A stretch of 64,000 bases of DNA from Sedimentisphaerales bacterium (GCA_028281535.1 JANQJS010000063.1:1-64000); one strand, 5' to 3'. Counted from the first letter of the stretch, positions 47,508 to 58,345 are shown. The notes: generated by a model from the sequence alone, not told the origin. Made by a program: numbers and translations.

Positions 47508-50500
47508 TTAATTACGAACCTGATAGGCATCAAAGTGCAATTCACCACTGGCCCAGTTCAGGACAACGCTGTGCGTTCCACAACTCAACGTGGTATCTTC
47601 AAATGCCATGAAGCTATCTTGAGATCCACTTGTGACATTGACCGTTTGAGCAGAACCACCATCAATAGAAATCGAAAATGATTGAGCATACTCTTCTCGC
47701 CAGACATAAATACGAAGACCATTGCCATCAATGTTGAAACTCGCCGTAGCACTACCTGCTGAAAAATGAGCATCATTTTGGAAACCACCTGGAGCTGACA
47801 CATTTGTCATACCAGAATAACTGATACCAGAATCGGTATTATTCACCTGAGCAGCCCAGCTAAAACCACAACCACTACCAGCTTGTGTCGTCGCACAAGC
47901 TTGCGTAGAAGCCGTACCAGTGTTACCAACACTGTCACGTGACTGAACGGTGTAACAATACTGAGTTGAGGCCGTCAAACCGCTATCGGTATAACTGGTT
48001 GAAGTTTGCCAACCACTATCTGTACCACCAGGCGTTCCACTAACATGGTCAAAGTTATATTCAACCGGACCAGAAGGATCACTGGCTGTTGTTGCCGTCA
48101 TGCTAATAGCCGTATCGCTATCAGCACTTGGGGCTGATGCAAAGGTCGCAGGATTTGGTGTTGGAGGCGTCGTATCTGGTGGTGCTTGTGTCGTCGCACA
48201 AGACCCGCTAGAAGAAGCTCCCGTGTTACCAAGACTATCACGAGAAGTAACGGTATAGCAATATTGCGTACTTGGCGTCAGTGACGTATCGGTATACGAT
48301 GTTGACGTTTGCCATGAACTATTGCTACCACCAGGATTACCAGAAGTTTCTGTAAAGAAGTATTCTACAGGTCCTGACGGATCACTACCAGTCGTTGCGG
48401 TCATTGCGATCGCCGTAGAGCTTGTCGCCGCAGGAGCAGATGCAAAGGTTGCAGGATTCGGAGTCGGAGGCGTGGTATCAGCACCAGCCTGCGTTGTAGC
48501 ACATGCGGCAGAAGATGCTACACCTGAATTACCAACACTATCACGAGACTGAACTGTATAACAGTATTGAGTACTTGCACTCAATCCATTATCAGTATAA
48601 CTCGTTGAGGTTTGCCACTCACTATCACTGCCACCGGCACCACCACTGGTATTATCGAAATTGTATTCAACAGGACCAGATGGATCACTTGCCGTTGTCG
48701 CAGTCATAGCAATCGCACTGCTGCTCGTTGCTGCTGGGGCTGAAGCAAAGGTTGCAGGATTCGGCGTCGGAGGTGTCGTATCACCACTAACAGAATCTTC
48801 AAAGACAACGTATGCAACCTGTTCACCCGTATGAGCACGTTCAGTATCATTCAATTGATCTTCATCAATCGCCAAGTTGATATTGGTATTGGAAATTGGA
48901 TTCGCACCATAGAAAAGTGCCCAACCACCGTTGCCACCATCCATGGCTGTAAGAGTTGCAATACCGATGGAAGCAGCACTGGATAAACCACTCACGGTTC
49001 TGCCATATGGTGGTGAATTAGTGATTCCAGCAACACCATCACTCGTAACACCTGCAGCATAGTTCACACCATCAATGGCACCATTGCCTGATTCAAGTAC
49101 AATGTAACCAATGGTTTCATTCGCATGAGAATTATCAGGATCTTCGTTGACGGTTTTACCGACTTGAAGAACAGAACTACTTGGTGGGTTCTGACGAGAA
49201 CTGCCGCGAGACCAGAAAGTCACGTGACCAGCATCGTTGTAAGTCATCACCTGCCCGAGAACCACTGGGCTTGTGTAGCTATTGCTATAGCTGCGTGCTT
49301 CGCCAACCCAACTGTTATTGTTAGAAGTAACCGTTGAATTGTATTTCACGGCTTCCATTTTTACACCATCAGTTGCGACCATATAAACACCTTCTTCGAC
49401 AACCATGTAATAAACATCCATAGATGCCGGAGCATTTGGAGAACCATCCACACGAACTTGGAAGCTATTGCCGGTTGCGTTCTGAATACGTACATGCGCG
49501 GGAGCAGAACTATTACTATAACCGGGAGTGGCAACGACGACCATAGAGCTGTAACTGCTACCCAAATTAACAGTGGTCCAACTAGTACCAACGCCGCTAA
49601 CCACACCGGTTTCTAGTAATATATTACTGCTAGGTGCATCTGGTGTTGTCGCATTTTCCGCTGCAGAAGCTGCAGTGGTATTACCCAACGCATCACGAGA
49701 TGATACCATATAACTGTAAGATGTTAATGGACTCAGTCCTGAATCTGTATAGCTAGTGGAAGATTGCCATACGCTGTCTGAGCCGCCCGCATTACCAGTT
49801 TGTTCATCAAAGAAATATTGCACGGGTGCACTTTGTGCATCCAGAGCCGTGGTAGCCACCATCGCAATCTCTGTGGAACTGATGGCATTTGGTACCGTGG
49901 CAAACGTCATAGGATTTGGAATCGGTGCAGCGGTATCAGTACCACCATTGACGGTAATGGCCCCAAACATAAATTCTGGAGAGCCACTACCATGTACATG
50001 ACAGTGATAGTTATAGACATTTGACCCGCCACCATCACCAGCTGCAATATCTAAGAAATTCTGATCAAAGGTAACATTAAAAGTGACTCCTGTAGGATTC
50101 GTTGCATTTTTGTCTACCGTTGATTTAAAAATCGTATTGGCATCTATTTGAGCTTGCCCAAGAAGATAATTATGATTACCTGACAAACCAGCCCAAACAT
50201 TGTGACCTTCTTCAATAAAGGTCCACTGAACGGTGTCACCCACATTGATGGTCACATTGGCTGGGAAGAAATCGGTACCAGGACCTGCGGTAATATCAAT
50301 AAAACCATCTTCCGCTGCAGTCGTTGTACAGGATGTCGCAGAATAAGAACTCACATTAGGTGTTCCCATAGAATCACGTGCACGTACACGGTAGCAATAC
50401 TGGGTACCTGCTGATAATTCCACATCGACATACAAGGTATTTTGCGACCAGCCACTATCGGTGCCACCACTATTTCCGGACGTTTCATCAAATTGATATT

Positions 50501-52424
50501 CGACCGGAGGTGTCTGATCAGATGCGGTCGATGCGGTCATCGTAATAACGGCATCACCTATCGCTGCCGGTATTGAAGCAAAACCAATCGGGCTCGGTGG
50601 ATCAGAATCCGGACCGGCTTGAGTCGTCTGACAAGAAGTGCTGGAATAATTATTTGTATTACCTTGTGAATCACGGCTACGCACTTGATAACAATATTGA
50701 GTACTAGCTGTTAAACCGCCATCAATATAAGAAACGCCTGTTTGCCAGCCACTATCCGTTGCACCACTATTACCAGTGGTTTCATTAAACTGGTATTCAA
50801 CCGGATTGCTACCTTCGGCATCCGTTGAAATGGTTGAGTTCACGGTTAATTGTGTGTCGCTATCAGCAACAATAGAAGAAATACTTGGCTGACTAGGCGG
50901 GTTGGTATCTGCTGGAGGGCCACTGCCATCAATTTTAATCCAAGAAGCAACCGCAGGGATTTTTTCACCACCACCATTGCGATAGATATATAACATATAA
51001 TAGCCAGGAGGTATTAAGTTAGGGTTAGAGGGAATCGTAACATCCACCGTACCATCATTATCACTTCCGGTCCAAATGGGATGGCCAATCATGTTATAGG
51101 TAAAGCTGTGAGTTGCTGAGCCTGGTCGACGCAAAACAACTTCCGTGATCGGACTACTCGACGTGTAATTAATCGAAATATTCTGACCATAACTGGCAGA
51201 CGTTGGTGCCGATGTAATCGCTGGACGTGCACCAGCAGAAAGATAAGGTGGTGTAAAAATCTGAATTTGATCGGTTTCACCAAAACCACCGGAACCACCA
51301 TTATTCTGACCACCTGAGACGATGACTTTACCATCAGGCATTAATATACCAGAGGTATGATAGCCACGAAAAATGGTCATATTGTTAATAAGTGTCCAAG
51401 AATTGGCAACAGGATCATAGATTTCACCATCCTCATCCGGACCATAAACCATAACTTTTCCATCAGCAAGCAACGTCGCTAAAAAGTACATACGTGGATA
51501 AGTCATATTAGCAACAGCGGACCAACTAGGGCTCGCTGCCTGAGGATCCACAATAGAAGCAGAATTTGTTATATTGCTTTCCTCTTCATCAATTGACATA
51601 CCACCCGCAGCAATCACACGCCCATCATGTAAACGTACGTAAATTGCTTGCAAACGTCCGGCAGGTTCGCCACCACTGGCAGGTGGTGTTTGAGAATCTG
51701 TAGGCCCATTGATTACTGTACTGGTATTGGTATCAGTATTGATTTCATAAAACCATGATTGAGCAGCAACACCACAATGAAAAACTCTAAAGACATTGGG
51801 ATTCGTATTTTGAACCGATGTCAAAATTAAACGAGGGTAAGCATTACCAACATCTTGGTATTGCAATACATTTCCGCCACTATTGAGATAAGATAAACTA
51901 TGATCTGAAGGATCATATACTTCAGCGGATAATACATTAGGTGTAACACCACCAATACCAACACCACCAAATGTAATCGCTTTACCATTACCCATGATAA
52001 TGGTTGATGGATACCATCTCAGGTTAGATGTAAGGGTATTACCGACTATAGGAAATGTTTCCTGAACAGGATCAAATCGCCCCAAGTCACCACCAGCCTC
52101 ACCATCTACCATGAGAACGCTTCCGTCCGCTAAGACGGTATGACCGCTGCAAAAAAAGTTACTCGGTGTATTGCCCGTGGTCCCTAGCGTAGGATTGGCA
52201 GGGTCAAAGGCACGATAAGGATATGGCGCAGCACCTTGTCGGAAAGAATAAACAAATATCCTACCAGTATGCAACATCGTCATATGAATCGCTTCGATTC
52301 CACCCGATCCTATCGGTGCAGTCCAGGATCCGACTTGTGCATGCGATTGTGCCGTCGACATACACAAAACCATCATTAGTGCTATTACCCCCGAACTTAT
52401 ACTTCGATTTACTTTGTTTTTCAT
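47508..52424 (-). CDS. Large secreted multidomain protein: galactose/glyoxal-oxidase-like beta-propeller N-terminal region, cupredoxin-like segment, multiple FN3 domains, C-terminal beta-sandwich (carbohydrate-binding-like). The likely start is the internal Met at 52422-52424.
   Basis: The 1654-aa ORF runs to 52472. The signal peptide MKNKVNRSISSGVIALMMVLCMSTAQSHAQ starts at ORF residue 17. A YNYHCHVHGS...M motif suggests a type-1 copper site. There are repeated ~100-aa FN3 units. Confidence 0.75.
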   Translation of the reverse strand: MKNKVNRSISSGVIALMMVLCMSTAQSHAQVGSWTAPIGSGGIEAIHMTMLHTGRIFVYSFRQGAAPYPYRAFDPANPTLGTTGNTPSNFFCSGHTVLADGSVLMVDGEAGGDLGRFDPVQETFPIVGNTLTSNLRWYPSTIIMGNGKAITFGGVGIGGVTPNVLSAEVYDPSDHSLSYLNSGGNVLQYQDVGNAYPRLILTSVQNTNPNVFRVFHCGVAAQSWFYEINTDTNTSTVINGPTDSQTPPASGGEPAGRLQAIYVRLHDGRVIAAGGMSIDEEESNITNSASIVDPQAASPSWSAVANMTYPRMYFLATLLADGKVMVYGPDEDGEIYDPVANSWTLINNMTIFRGYHTSGILMPDGKVIVSGGQNNGGSGGFGETDQIQIFTPPYLSAGARPAITSAPTSASYGQNISINYTSSSPITEVVLRRPGSATHSFTYNMIGHPIWTGSDNDGTVDVTIPSNPNLIPPGYYMLYIYRNGGGEKIPAVASWIKIDGSGPPADTNPPSQPSISSIVADSDTQLTVNSTISTDAEGSNPVEYQFNETTGNSGATDSGWQTGVSYIDGGLTASTQYCYQVRSRDSQGNTNNYSSTSCQTTQAGPDSDPPSPIGFASIPAAIGDAVITMTASTASDQTPPVEYQFDETSGNSGGTDSGWSQNTLYVDVELSAGTQYCYRVRARDSMGTPNVSSYSATSCTTTAAEDGFIDITAGPGTDFFPANVTINVGDTVQWTFIEEGHNVWAGLSGNHNYLLGQAQIDANTIFKSTVDKNATNPTGVTFNVTFDQNFLDIAAGDGGGSNVYNYHCHVHGSGSPEFMFGAITVNGGTDTAAPIPNPMTFATVPNAISSTEIAMVATTALDAQSAPVQYFFDEQTGNAGGSDSVWQSSTSYTDSGLSPLTSYSYMVSSRDALGNTTAASAAENATTPDAPSSNILLETGVVSGVGTSWTTVNLGSSYSSMVVVATPGYSNSSAPAHVRIQNATGNSFQVRVDGSPNAPASMDVYYMVVEEGVYMVATDGVKMEAVKYNSTVTSNNNSWVGEARSYSNSYTSPVVLGQVMTYNDAGHVTFWSRGSSRQNPPSSSVLQVGKTVNEDPDNSHANETIGYIVLESGNGAIDGVNYAAGVTSDGVAGITNSPPYGRTVSGLSSAASIGIATLTAMDGGNGGWALFYGANPISNTNINLAIDEDQLNDTERAHTGEQVAYVVFEDSVSGDTTPPTPNPATFASAPAATSSSAIAMTATTASDPSGPVEYNFDNTSGGAGGSDSEWQTSTSYTDNGLSASTQYCYTVQSRDSVGNSGVASSAACATTQAGADTTPPTPNPATFASAPAATSSTAIAMTATTGSDPSGPVEYFFTETSGNPGGSNSSWQTSTSYTDTSLTPSTQYCYTVTSRDSLGNTGASSSGSCATTQAPPDTTPPTPNPATFASAPSADSDTAISMTATTASDPSGPVEYNFDHVSGTPGGTDSGWQTSTSYTDSGLTASTQYCYTVQSRDSVGNTGTASTQACATTQAGSGCGFSWAAQVNNTDSGISYSGMTNVSAPGGFQNDAHFSAGSATASFNIDGNGLRIYVWREEYAQSFSISIDGGSAQTVNVTSGSQDSFMAFEDTTLSCGTHSVVLNWASGELHFDAYQVRN
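47880..48790 (-). repeat. Three tandem near-identical ~300-bp coding repeats (FN3 units) within the large secreted protein gene
   Basis: The protein repeats TTPPTPNPATFASAPAATSS-AIAMTATT-SDPSGPVEY-F...TQYCYTV-SRDS-GN are more than 80% identical. The DNA repeats are visible (ggattcggcgtcggaggcgt..., gcaggattcggagtcggagg...). Confidence 0.75.
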
Positions 52425-52699
52425 ACTCACAATTCCTTTTTCTATACATCCACTTATTGATACAAAAACCATATGTCACACACACTTTTAATGCAGCAGC
52501 CAAACACTCCTTTCTTAAACTGCGCAAACAGAGGGAATAAATAAGACATTGTCATAATGAACACATTGAGATATAATGAAATGATATTGAGCCTAAGCGC
52601 TAATGCTTGGTTCATCTACGTGAGTCAACGTCTTCTGCCAAGAAATCCCGTTGGCTCACTTTTCAATCTATCTCATACAGCTATATACACACTAGCAAT

Positions 52700-54430
52700 T
52701 TACTCTCTAGCAAGAGAATGCATCTCCTTTATTTCTTTTTCGCTTAAAAGTCGATCATAAAATGCAATTTCATCTAAGTTACCACTAAAGGAATCCTTCC
52801 TGTCAACAGAGCGAGTTTCAATTAGATCCACATAATGTTGCCCCACATACATGATATCCCAAGCCAATAAATCACCCATTAGCCTAAAGGATTTACGCCG
52901 ACTTTCTTCACTATCTATATACATAACTAAATCGCCCTTCGCATCAACAGTCACAACAACAAAATACCATTGGTCTGGATTTAATCGCTGTTGACTAGTA
53001 ATCGAAAACTCAAGGTTTCTTTTCAAAGGAAATTTTTTAACTGAATATTTATCATACACCAAAAAGATCAAATAACCCGTCGTATCAACAAATAATTCTG
53101 CTGATGACATACTATTAATCTGGTCATGTAGCCTTGTCGATAATATAGGTAGACTGTCTCCAACATTATCTGAGTCATACTTCATCCAAAAAGAAAAACT
53201 ATAAACATTCCCAAGTGGCTTCTCAATTTTCTGTGAAACCAAATAACTTTTGTTGTCACGAAGCCTCATTGAATTTTTGAGATTTTTGGCATAAACCGAT
53301 GACTCCACCGATTCAGTTGATGCAACACCAACAATTTCACCATCAAAGGTTTCAGATAAGGGCTGATTAAATGAATAATATTTGATGGGATCTGTTTGAT
53401 GAATATATTGTTCATATTGGCCTGGAGCTGAGTTTGAGACCTGGAAGAAATCTGATGAGAATGTATTTCGAAAACGTTTAACATCCATAACAAGATGTTT
53501 CATTTCTAAACCATCTTTATCGATAGCCATAGCAGCCCCCGCTTTGACCGTCGTGTATCTCCCATCGATAGCATGGATAGGCATCACACCGACTTCTCCT
53601 TCAAAGACATGAACTTCACTATCTCCGTTGCCATCGACACTCACACAAAATCCTGTTCCATAATCAATAATCGATGAGCTAGGCGTATTCACCATAAATC
53701 CCGTCTCGTCATCGTCGCCATAAACATGAGCACTGATCTCACCTTCCTGTAAAAAAGTATTTGTAGGCGATTCAATAACAAATGTAGAAGGTCCCTGAAC
53801 AACCATTTTCGCCATTTGTTTAAATTCAATTTCTATCAACCCACTCAGCAGTTGATATTCCTGCCCTTCCACAATATGATCTGGTTCAAATTCCCATTTA
53901 GCATCAGAAGAATTGATAATCGATACTACAGACAGTCTAGTAAGCTGGTCAGTAAAGACCCAAAGACTGATACCAACGAATAAACAAGCCGCTAACGCAA
54001 CCATTTTTATCTTGTAGTTGGATAAATTAAAGGAACTCTCCTTTGTCCGCTCTTTAGAAGCAGGAGGCTCTGCAATAGAACGATCTTCATTATCCAAATA
54101 ATTTTTCAGTTGAGACAATGCCGTCTTTTCGATCTCTTGACGTTTTTTATCAAGAAGCTTTTCTTCTTCCAAAGCTTCCAGCTGTTCATTCAAAGCAATG
54201 TGATCACGGAAGACCTTTTCAATGGCTTCAGTCGAATCTTCACTTAGCGATACTTGACCATAAGGTGAAAGCTCAGCTGCCAAATCAACAAAACGCTGAT
54301 ACTCCAAAAGGCTCTCAGGTTCATCTGCCATCAACTGATTAAGACGAATTAACTGCTCTTGAGTAATGACACCATCATAAGCTAAAAGCAATAATTCATT
54401 TAATTCAAGTTTCTTTTTATCCAATGACAT
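52700..54430 (-). CDS. FecR-type anti-sigma factor with a C-terminal LamG/concanavalin-like domain
   Basis: 576 aa. It has an N-terminal anti-sigma region, a TM helix (MVALAACLFVGISLWVF), a FecR-like beta domain, and a C-terminal LamG signature (GNLDEIAFYDRLLS). It lies directly downstream of an ECF sigma gene. Confidence 0.75.
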   Translation of the reverse strand: MSLDKKKLELNELLLLAYDGVITQEQLIRLNQLMADEPESLLEYQRFVDLAAELSPYGQVSLSEDSTEAIEKVFRDHIALNEQLEALEEEKLLDKKRQEIEKTALSQLKNYLDNEDRSIAEPPASKERTKESSFNLSNYKIKMVALAACLFVGISLWVFTDQLTRLSVVSIINSSDAKWEFEPDHIVEGQEYQLLSGLIEIEFKQMAKMVVQGPSTFVIESPTNTFLQEGEISAHVYGDDDETGFMVNTPSSSIIDYGTGFCVSVDGNGDSEVHVFEGEVGVMPIHAIDGRYTTVKAGAAMAIDKDGLEMKHLVMDVKRFRNTFSSDFFQVSNSAPGQYEQYIHQTDPIKYYSFNQPLSETFDGEIVGVASTESVESSVYAKNLKNSMRLRDNKSYLVSQKIEKPLGNVYSFSFWMKYDSDNVGDSLPILSTRLHDQINSMSSAELFVDTTGYLIFLVYDKYSVKKFPLKRNLEFSITSQQRLNPDQWYFVVVTVDAKGDLVMYIDSEESRRKSFRLMGDLLAWDIMYVGQHYVDLIETRSVDRKDSFSGNLDEIAFYDRLLSEKEIKEMHSLARE

Positions 54431-54436
54431 AGTAAC

Positions 54437-54991
54437 CTACCGCTCTTCTACCACTAATTTTTTTGCAATGCACTCTTGCAATTGAGTATGAATGCGAGCC
54501 ATAACTTTGTACATCCCCTGAACCGATCGATTCAATCGAATGGCGATTTCTTTTATTGCAATCGATTGATCATATCGCATCTGAATCAATTCTTTGTCAT
54601 TCGCGCTTAACTTTTTGAGGCATCCCTGCACCGCATCAATTTTGTCCTGCTGCGTGGAATGCTGGTCAACCGGAAGATCAGCTAATTTCTCAAAAACAGC
54701 ATCTTCAAATCGTATGGCAGCTTTTTTCTGTTGCTGACGAAATTTCAAGACACGAAAACGAGCGATCTGCATACCCCAGGCTAAAAAATTGGTTCCAGCC
54801 TCAAATCGATCAAACATGCGCCACATCGCCGTGATGGTCTGTTGCATAATATCTTCTGCATCTGCACGATTAGGCACGAGTGTCAATATATATGCAAAAA
54901 TCCGTTTCTGATTTGCAACAAAAAGTGTCAAAAACTGCTCATTCACGGATACTGATTCGGAATGATCAAATTGTTTGGGTTGATGATTCAA
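54437..54991 (-). CDS. ECF-type sigma-70 family RNA polymerase sigma factor
   Basis: 184 aa with sigma-2 and sigma-4 regions (DAEDIMQQTITAMWR...; ...LIQMRYDQSIAIKEIAIRLNRSVQGMYKVMARI). Confidence 0.85.
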   Translation of the reverse strand: MNHQPKQFDHSESVSVNEQFLTLFVANQKRIFAYILTLVPNRADAEDIMQQTITAMWRMFDRFEAGTNFLAWGMQIARFRVLKFRQQQKKAAIRFEDAVFEKLADLPVDQHSTQQDKIDAVQGCLKKLSANDKELIQMRYDQSIAIKEIAIRLNRSVQGMYKVMARIHTQLQECIAKKLVVEER

Positions 54992-55335
54992 ATATCTATG
55001 ACTCCACTGAGAATATTTATTCTTACACTATCAAAGACCCACCAGCATTGAAATTGGAGTTGAAAAATTCGAAAATAAGATATTAATTGTTTTCAAAATC
55101 AATCATATAAACAATATCGTCATTAACCTCATTTTGATTAATAAGTTACGATTATTCTAATACCAATCGCTGCCTTGCGTTTGGGCAGCAATTCATGCTT
55201 TGTATTTAATTAATTTTTGCAAAATAGAAAAACAAGTCAAGCAAGAACAATTCCGATAACCAGAATCAATCTCAAGAATATAAGTTCAGATAAAATAGAT
55301 AAATACATACCAACCAGTCTGTATTTAATAAGGGG

Positions 55336-55376
55336 AAAAATTGGCCGACGGTCGTAAGGACTTACGGCAGCCGGCC
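55336..55376 (-). terminator. GC-rich hairpin terminator downstream of ptsN; a second adjacent hairpin at 55377-55406 is followed by a T-run on the plus strand
   Basis: GGCCGACGGTCGTAAGGACTTACGGCAGCCGGCC is followed by T5 on the minus strand. GAAGCG...CGCTTC plus AATTTTATT is on the plus strand. Confidence 0.5.
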
Positions 55377-55602
55377 GAAGCGCCGCGAAAGGAGAAGTAA
55401 CGCTTCAATTTTATTCTAAGATTTTGACAACCTGTAAGTCAATGACAACCCAATGGAAATAGCTGGAAGGAATGATAAAATGGGAAAATAGCCCCAGAAA
55501 ATGACAATCATGAGGTCTAGTGAAAATAGGCACCTGAATCTCCCCAGCAAGTACTAAAGGAGTAATTATCCTATATCTTGTTATAGGATAATGAGATATG
55601 AT

Positions 55603-56058
55603 TTAACCTTGCTCGACCGTGATGCTCTCGAAAAACTCCTTCGCATCTGGACACCCCCACAACTTTTCCCGAATCTCTGGATTGGTCATGATTCGACTGA
55701 TCCTGGCAAGGGCCTGTATGTGCGGCCCTGTCTGATCGATAGGCGAAACCAGTAGCACGACAATTTTTACAGGTTGCTTATCGATGCTATTAAAATCGAT
55801 CTCATTTTCCAACCGGCCAACAGCCATGACTAACTTTTTGACGGCACTACACTTACCATGCGGAATGGCAAACCCCTGCCCAATACCGGTGCTGCGAATT
55901 GCTTCACGCTCCATAACTGCTCGCTTGGCGATTTCAGGATTGGTCAATTTTCCCTGCTGATCAAGTGTATCAATTAACTCGGAGATCGCCTCGCCCTTTT
56001 CCTGGGCTTTCATAGGAACCACCACACAGCTAAGATCAAGAATTTCAGTAAGTTGCAT
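55603..56058 (-). CDS. ptsN: PTS EIIA-Ntr nitrogen-regulatory protein PtsN
   Basis: 151 aa with the EIIA(Fru/Ntr) fold sequence. The phosphorylatable His lies in GIGQGFAIPHGK. Confidence 0.75.
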   Translation of the reverse strand: MQLTEILDLSCVVVPMKAQEKGEAISELIDTLDQQGKLTNPEIAKRAVMEREAIRSTGIGQGFAIPHGKCSAVKKLVMAVGRLENEIDFNSIDKQPVKIVVLLVSPIDQTGPHIQALARISRIMTNPEIREKLWGCPDAKEFFESITVEQG

Positions 56059-56170
56059 TTTTTCTCAGTGCTCCAGCTCAGCTAATAATTCATTTTAAGT
56101 CGATTATTATAGCCTCAGGGCATATCAGATCAAAATAAATATGTCCTATTCAGTGATTTGTTTGCAGATT

Positions 56171-58345
56171 CTACTTATCGAGCGATTTGAGATGACGCAA
56201 TTCCTGCTTGGCACGCGAATGCTTAGGGGCAATAACTAACGCTTTTTTATACTGAGTGATCGCATCGGTAATTCGAGAGAGCTGGACTAAATACATAGCA
56301 TAATTACAGTAAACATCCGCGTTGGGTTTTATCGCTAATGAGGATTTGAAATATTGTTCAGCAAGTTGAGTCTGGTTTGTATTCACATAAGCAACAGCCA
56401 GTGCATTATGGACATCCGCATTTTGAGGACGTAACTTGATCACTGTTTTGAGCTTTTGAATGGCCCTGGCATATTCCTTACGATTAATCAATTCTGAACT
56501 ATAATCGATTAAGAACTTTTGATTGTTTGGATGATGCAATAACGCCAATTCATACTGTTTCATCGCTTTATCAATTTGCTTGGTTTCCAATAATAAACGA
56601 ATGTAGTTATCATGCGCTTCCACCAAGCTGGGATTCATCTCCAAAGCCTTTTGATAAGCAGCCTGAGCTTCCTGATAACGTTTTAATGAATAATAACAAG
56701 CTCCCAAGTTTGAAAAATTTCGCCCATTATCAGGTTTGAGCTTTAATGAAGCCTGGAAATACTTGGCTGCCTTGAGGTAGTCTTGTTGATCAAAATATAA
56801 CTTTGCAACTTGATCCAATACCGCAACATCTTCACTATTGAAATCTAAATAGCGTTTAAAGTAATCCAAAGCTTTTGCGGACTGTTTCTGTTTGACCAAG
56901 ACATACCCTAATTTTTTCATCACTTCCTTTTTGGTATTATTATACTCGACGGCCAATTCCCAATGATAAACAGCCTTCGCAAAATCACCATCTTGAGAAG
57001 CAAAAGCTCCGAGATGATCATGAGCTAAATCGTTATACTCTGTTACACTGGCGGCATGCTGGTACAAGGTCCTTTCATTTCGCCAGGTTCCCACTTGTTG
57101 GTAACAGAGTTGAGCATATAAAGCCAATACGATCACTCCTCCAAGAAAACTTGGAAGTTTTAATTTAGGCCATTTCTTGCATAGATAGATAAAAATCCAT
57201 GCAACAGCAAATGACAATCCAATAGATGGAACATATGTATATCGATCTGCATATCTCTGAGTACTCAAATGAACAAATCCAATGACTGGCACAAATGTTC
57301 CCAAGAACCATAACCAACCAATGATTAACGCTGGAAATCTTTTCATTAAAAATAACAGTGCGACAGTAATAAAAAATAATCCGACAAACAGTATCCAGAT
57401 GTACAACAAATCCGGCATCTCAAATGGTCTTACGGGTGACTCAAATGGCCTAAATGGATAATAAGCCGCCATGTCATGTGGCCAGAAAAGTTTCTCCAAA
57501 TAGATATAGTAACACTCTATCACATTTTTTAATCGTTGATCAAAACCCAGTACACTTAACGATTTCACGGTCCCTGTTGTTTGCTGTGTTACAAAAGCAA
57601 TGACAGAAAAAATAAACACGACAATAAACAGAGGAATTTTTTCAACACAACATGACAGAAATGGCTGAGATTTTATTGGTGTTGTTTTTTTCAAGCTCCC
57701 AATAGAGTCATCTTGCCATTTTCCAAAACGCCTTAAAGGCCATACGTCCATAAGCAACAAAACAAATGGCAAGGTAACCAGCATTGACTTAGCCATAAGC
57801 CCTAAACATAATAACAATGTCATAAGAGCATACCGCCCCCAATGCGGTTTTGCGACATAAGATAAATATGCATGCATTGTCAGTAGCCAGAAAAATGTAC
57901 TTAACACATCTTTGCGTTCTGAAACCCACGCAACAGATTCAACGTGCATAGGATGAAGAGCAAAAACCCCTGCTATGAATAAACTCACGGGTATATAACC
58001 TGTCATTCGCCTGAATAAAACATAAAGTAATAGCGTATTAAGGAGATGATAAATCACATTGGTTACATGGCACACCATTGCTTTATTTTCAAATTCACAA
58101 TCCAGCATTAACGATAGCCAGGTCAACGGATGCCAGTTAGCGGTATAGCCACTCGTAAAGGCATACTTCACCCCTTCCCAACTGAATCCATCAACGATAT
58201 TCTTGTTGCCATAGACATAGGCGTAGTCATCACGCGTGATAAACTCAAAATCATGCACCTGATAATAGACAGCCACCGTCACGACAACCAAGAGAAGAAG
58301 GCTTATTCTCTCAAAATACTTATTTTTTTGACTCATTTTATCCAT
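56171..58345 (-). CDS. Polytopic membrane protein with a TMTC/PMT-like (GT-C fold, DUF1736-like) N-terminal domain and C-terminal TPR repeats
   Basis: 724 aa with ~10 TM helices in the first 400 aa, followed by 7-8 TPR-like repeats (AKYFQASLKLKPDNGRNFSNLGACYYSLKRYQEAQAAYQKALEMNP...). Confidence 0.6.
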   Translation of the reverse strand: MDKMSQKNKYFERISLLLLVVVTVAVYYQVHDFEFITRDDYAYVYGNKNIVDGFSWEGVKYAFTSGYTANWHPLTWLSLMLDCEFENKAMVCHVTNVIYHLLNTLLLYVLFRRMTGYIPVSLFIAGVFALHPMHVESVAWVSERKDVLSTFFWLLTMHAYLSYVAKPHWGRYALMTLLLCLGLMAKSMLVTLPFVLLLMDVWPLRRFGKWQDDSIGSLKKTTPIKSQPFLSCCVEKIPLFIVVFIFSVIAFVTQQTTGTVKSLSVLGFDQRLKNVIECYYIYLEKLFWPHDMAAYYPFRPFESPVRPFEMPDLLYIWILFVGLFFITVALLFLMKRFPALIIGWLWFLGTFVPVIGFVHLSTQRYADRYTYVPSIGLSFAVAWIFIYLCKKWPKLKLPSFLGGVIVLALYAQLCYQQVGTWRNERTLYQHAASVTEYNDLAHDHLGAFASQDGDFAKAVYHWELAVEYNNTKKEVMKKLGYVLVKQKQSAKALDYFKRYLDFNSEDVAVLDQVAKLYFDQQDYLKAAKYFQASLKLKPDNGRNFSNLGACYYSLKRYQEAQAAYQKALEMNPSLVEAHDNYIRLLLETKQIDKAMKQYELALLHHPNNQKFLIDYSSELINRKEYARAIQKLKTVIKLRPQNADVHNALAVAYVNTNQTQLAEQYFKSSLAIKPNADVYCNYAMYLVQLSRITDAITQYKKALVIAPKHSRAKQELRHLKSLDK

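Noticed and set aside
47880-48790. Tandem ~300-bp direct repeats considered as a CRISPR array or mobile element
   Set aside because: The repeats are in frame inside a long ORF and encode FN3 domains. The repeat unit is far longer than CRISPR repeats, and there are no spacer-like unique short segments and no cas genes.
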